NCBI RefSeq assembly: GCF_009914755.1
Contig: NC_060933.1
Source of the DNA: the human T2T-CHM13v2.0 reference genome, Homo sapiens
Strand: one strand, 5' to 3'
Length of the DNA: 64,000 bases
Shown here piece after piece: positions 60,081 to 64,000 of the stretch (positions are counted from its first letter, which is position 1; each line of letters starts with the position of its first letter). Both the position numbers and the translations under genes were made by a program. A model generated the notes under the pieces. It was not told where the DNA came from and did no database searches. It saw nothing but the letters and a program-made list of their open reading frames with translations.

Positions 60081-61022
60081 GTTCTAAAATTCTCCTTTCA
60101 AGGGGTGGAGCACAGAATTAGGACCTTCCAAGTATTAACACCCTGTCTTAAGTGGGAGAGTGGAACCCTGATGTCCCCTGGGTCCCACCCCTCAGAGGAC
60201 TGGGTGAACTTGGCCAGCCCCAGTTGCACAGCCTGCAATGGTCCAGAGCCCTCCTGCCATCTCTCAGACCCTCTGCCTTAATACTCTTATACTTTCTCTC
60301 TGAATCCATCCTATGGCCCCAGACCATTTGTAGAACTCAGTTAACCAGAACTCAGCGCCTGCACTGCTTCCCAAATGCAAGCACTCTCACCCCCATTCCT
60401 GGAACGTGTGCAGATTATGCTAAAAATATAGAGGCATTTTGCAAGGCAGGGTCACATTGTACAGCCTGTCATTTCTCCACCTTCCTCACTCTACCCTCAC
60501 CCTCCTCCTTTTCCGCTTCTGTTTCCTTGTAGTGTCAGACAGACTTTTCCATATGGCCTATAAGTGAATTCTTCCCTACCACCCACCTCCAATCCTTCTC
60601 ACACAGAACAACACACACACCCTCTGAGAATCTCACAGTTCCACCCCAACAGGGCGAAGTCAAGGTAATTCGTTCCAAACAGAATTCCACTCTGAAAGGA
60701 ATTCTAGCAGATCCTATCTTCTCCATCTCGTGCCAGGGGAAAAGGTGAACCTCTCAGCTGAATGCCATGCACTCAGATGCCATGGAAAAGCCATTATCTC
60801 AGAGAGCAGGAATCCGGCAGGGTGAAAGTGGTGGCAGGAGAAACCAAGCCTTCTCCGCAGGCTCCACCTCTCTGCAGGCTAAAGAATTCTCCTCCCAGCC
60901 TGAGATTCCTACATCAGGCCCCTAGAGCCCACCCGTCCTCCGCTTGAGCCTTAATCACTTTCAGGCTATTGTGATGGGTCCAGACTGGCACAGGCCCTGG
61001 CTCCCAGTAGGAGCATCCCAAG

Positions 61023-61570
61023 TGTCAGAGCCGTTTGAACCACAGCAACTCCATCTTGAATGGGAGCTGGGTAAAATAAGGCTGAGACCCACTGGGCTGC
61101 ATTCCCAGATGGTTAAGGCATTCTAAGTCACAGGATGAAACCGGAAACCAGCACAAGATACATGTCATAAAGACCTTGCTGGTAAAACAGTTTGCGGTAA
61201 AGAAGCCGGCTGAAACCCACCAAACCAAGATGGCGATGAGAGTGACCTCTGGTCCTCCTCACTGCTACACTCCCACCAGCACCATGACAGTTTACAAATA
61301 CCATGGCAATGTCAGGAAGTTACCCTATATGGTCTAAAAAGGGGAGCCATGAATAATCCACCCCTTGTTTAGCATGTCATCAAGAAATAACCATAAAAAT
61401 GGGCAACCAGCAGTCCTCAGGGCTGCTCTGCCTATGGAGCAGCCATTCTTTTATTCCTCTACTCTCCTAATAAACTTGCTTTCACTTTACAGATTCACCC
61501 TCAATTCTTTCTTGAGTGAAATCCAAGAACCCTCTCTTGGGGTCTGGATCCAGACCCCCTTCCTGTAACA
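61023..61570 (+). mobile_element. MER41 solo LTR (MER41A-like)
   Basis: tgtcagagccgtttgaacc...ccccttcctgtaaca; 4-bp TSD caag; about 548 bp. Confidence 0.9.
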
Positions 61571-62685
61571 CAAGTGTTTGGGGTGAACAAATGAGTAAGG
61601 AGAGTTCTGAGGCACTCCAGTTCTGCTCTGCCATGGATTCATTAACAAACATGGACTAGGCTACTGTGCTCCAGATGGTTTTTGGAACTGGAGATGCTTT
61701 ACTGAACAAGATTATCATAGAGCTTCTGTTCCAATGGGAGTCAAGAGACTCAACAGGATATATAATGTCAGGTAGTGACAGTGAACAAAGAGAAGGAAAA
61801 CAGGTAAGGGAATGGGGAAGGGTGCAGTAATTAACTGGGTATTACTGACCTTGGACAAGACTCTAGTCTTTAGTCCTCCAGATCCTTGATTATAAAGGAG
61901 AGTGTTCAGCTCCAGCATTCCAGGTAAAAATTAGGCTAAGAGCAAAGACTCTTAAATCAGCAGAGTCCTAGATGTACACCTTAGGCCAGTTACTTTAACA
62001 CTCTGAGCCTCTATTTACATATACAAAATGGAGATTCTAACACCCTCCTCAAAGGGTTCTTGAAAGCATACTGTGCCCATGGTCTGTTAATGCCCCCCAC
62101 ACAGTACCTATAATAATGATGATGCTTTTTAATGGGAGAAATTCAGAAATGCATGGCTCAGAGCTTGGTGTGAAAGCAGGGCTGTGAGTTCATCTGAGAG
62201 GGGAATCTTGATGGGCAGCATCTCTCAGAACAGTCAGGAGCGAGTCCACACGCCAACTGCATGTTGTGATAAAGTCAGCTCCATGCCCTGCTCTATCCCA
62301 GGAACACGGCTCTGACCAGACCAGCTGCACCTCCATTTGCACCCCACCCCACCTCCTTGCTCCACCCCTGCCTCACCCTGTCCCCAGCCTTGTCATAGTC
62401 CTGCAGGTCAGCCCCAGCACCAACACAGTGCCAGCTTTCTAAACTGGCGTCACGAGTTTCTCTGGCCTCAGACTCCTTGGCCCAGAAACAAGTCCTTTGG
62501 AGCTAAGATTCCCCAGTAATCCCCAGTTCTTCTCTGATGAACCCAGGATGTGCATGAGAAATCAGCCTCAGGGATGTAAACCTCATTTTTTGAGGGCAGT
62601 TCTTTTAGCCACATAGAGCTCACCCTGCTGCAGTGACCTACACGGGCCCCTTGGTGTGATGATCAAATGATAGGATTCATCAACT

Positions 62686-62721
62686 ATCACTTCTCAGCCT
62701 TTTGGCTCAGATCATGCATAG
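62686..62721 (+). pseudogene. U2 snRNA 3'-truncated (tailless) retropseudogene
   Basis: atcacttctcagccttttggctcagatcatgcatag versus U2 nt 1-36 ATCGCTTCTCGGCCTTTTGGCTAAGATCAAGTGTAG (6 mismatches); degenerate flanking direct repeats. Confidence 0.85.
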
Positions 62722-62748
62722 GAACCACCAACCAATATGCGCTGAATG

Positions 62749-63991
<1,243 letters not shown>

Positions 63992-64000
63992 TCAAGCCAG

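Noticed and set aside
61023-61570. MER41 as an interferon-gamma/STAT1-inducible enhancer
   Set aside because: The sequence runs aaaaaggggagc|catgaataatccacc, without the segment that carries the tandem TTCnnnGAA sites in MER41B. It looks like MER41A, which lacks them.

Overview
Primate (almost certainly human) genomic DNA, very repeat-rich. The only gene I can support is the unitary pseudogene GGTA1/GGTA1P (alpha-1,3-galactosyltransferase, which makes the alpha-Gal epitope), on the minus strand. All six ancestral coding exons are present with intact GT-AG sites: 53955-53867, 49354-49319, 47343-47278, 46245-46130, 38305-38168, and 33620 to about 31010 including the 3'UTR. The frame is broken by a 1-bp deletion in the stem exon and by two 1-bp deletions plus two stops in the catalytic exon. 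A cryptic terminal exon (41866 to about 41070) gives a clean 100-aa truncated type II membrane protein. The first 30 kb is a nested transposon graveyard: a 5'-truncated L1PA, old L1M elements, a decayed ERVL provirus, MaLR LTRs and an intact 968-bp HERV-K(HML-2) LTR5_Hs solo LTR. The introns hold about 25 Alus, LTR8, MER41A, MER39-like and Arthur1-like elements and a tailless U2 retrocopy. Most ORFs in the supplied track are repeat-derived or chance. I found no convincing new biological system. The most unusual structures are two fossil templated-insertion events (29820-30190 and 12707-12798), the splice and poly(A) architecture that could let the pseudogene escape NMD, and a tandem repeat that creates frame-restoring cryptic acceptors before the catalytic exon. 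Repeat subfamily names come from memory of consensus sequences and need RepeatMasker/Dfam confirmation.
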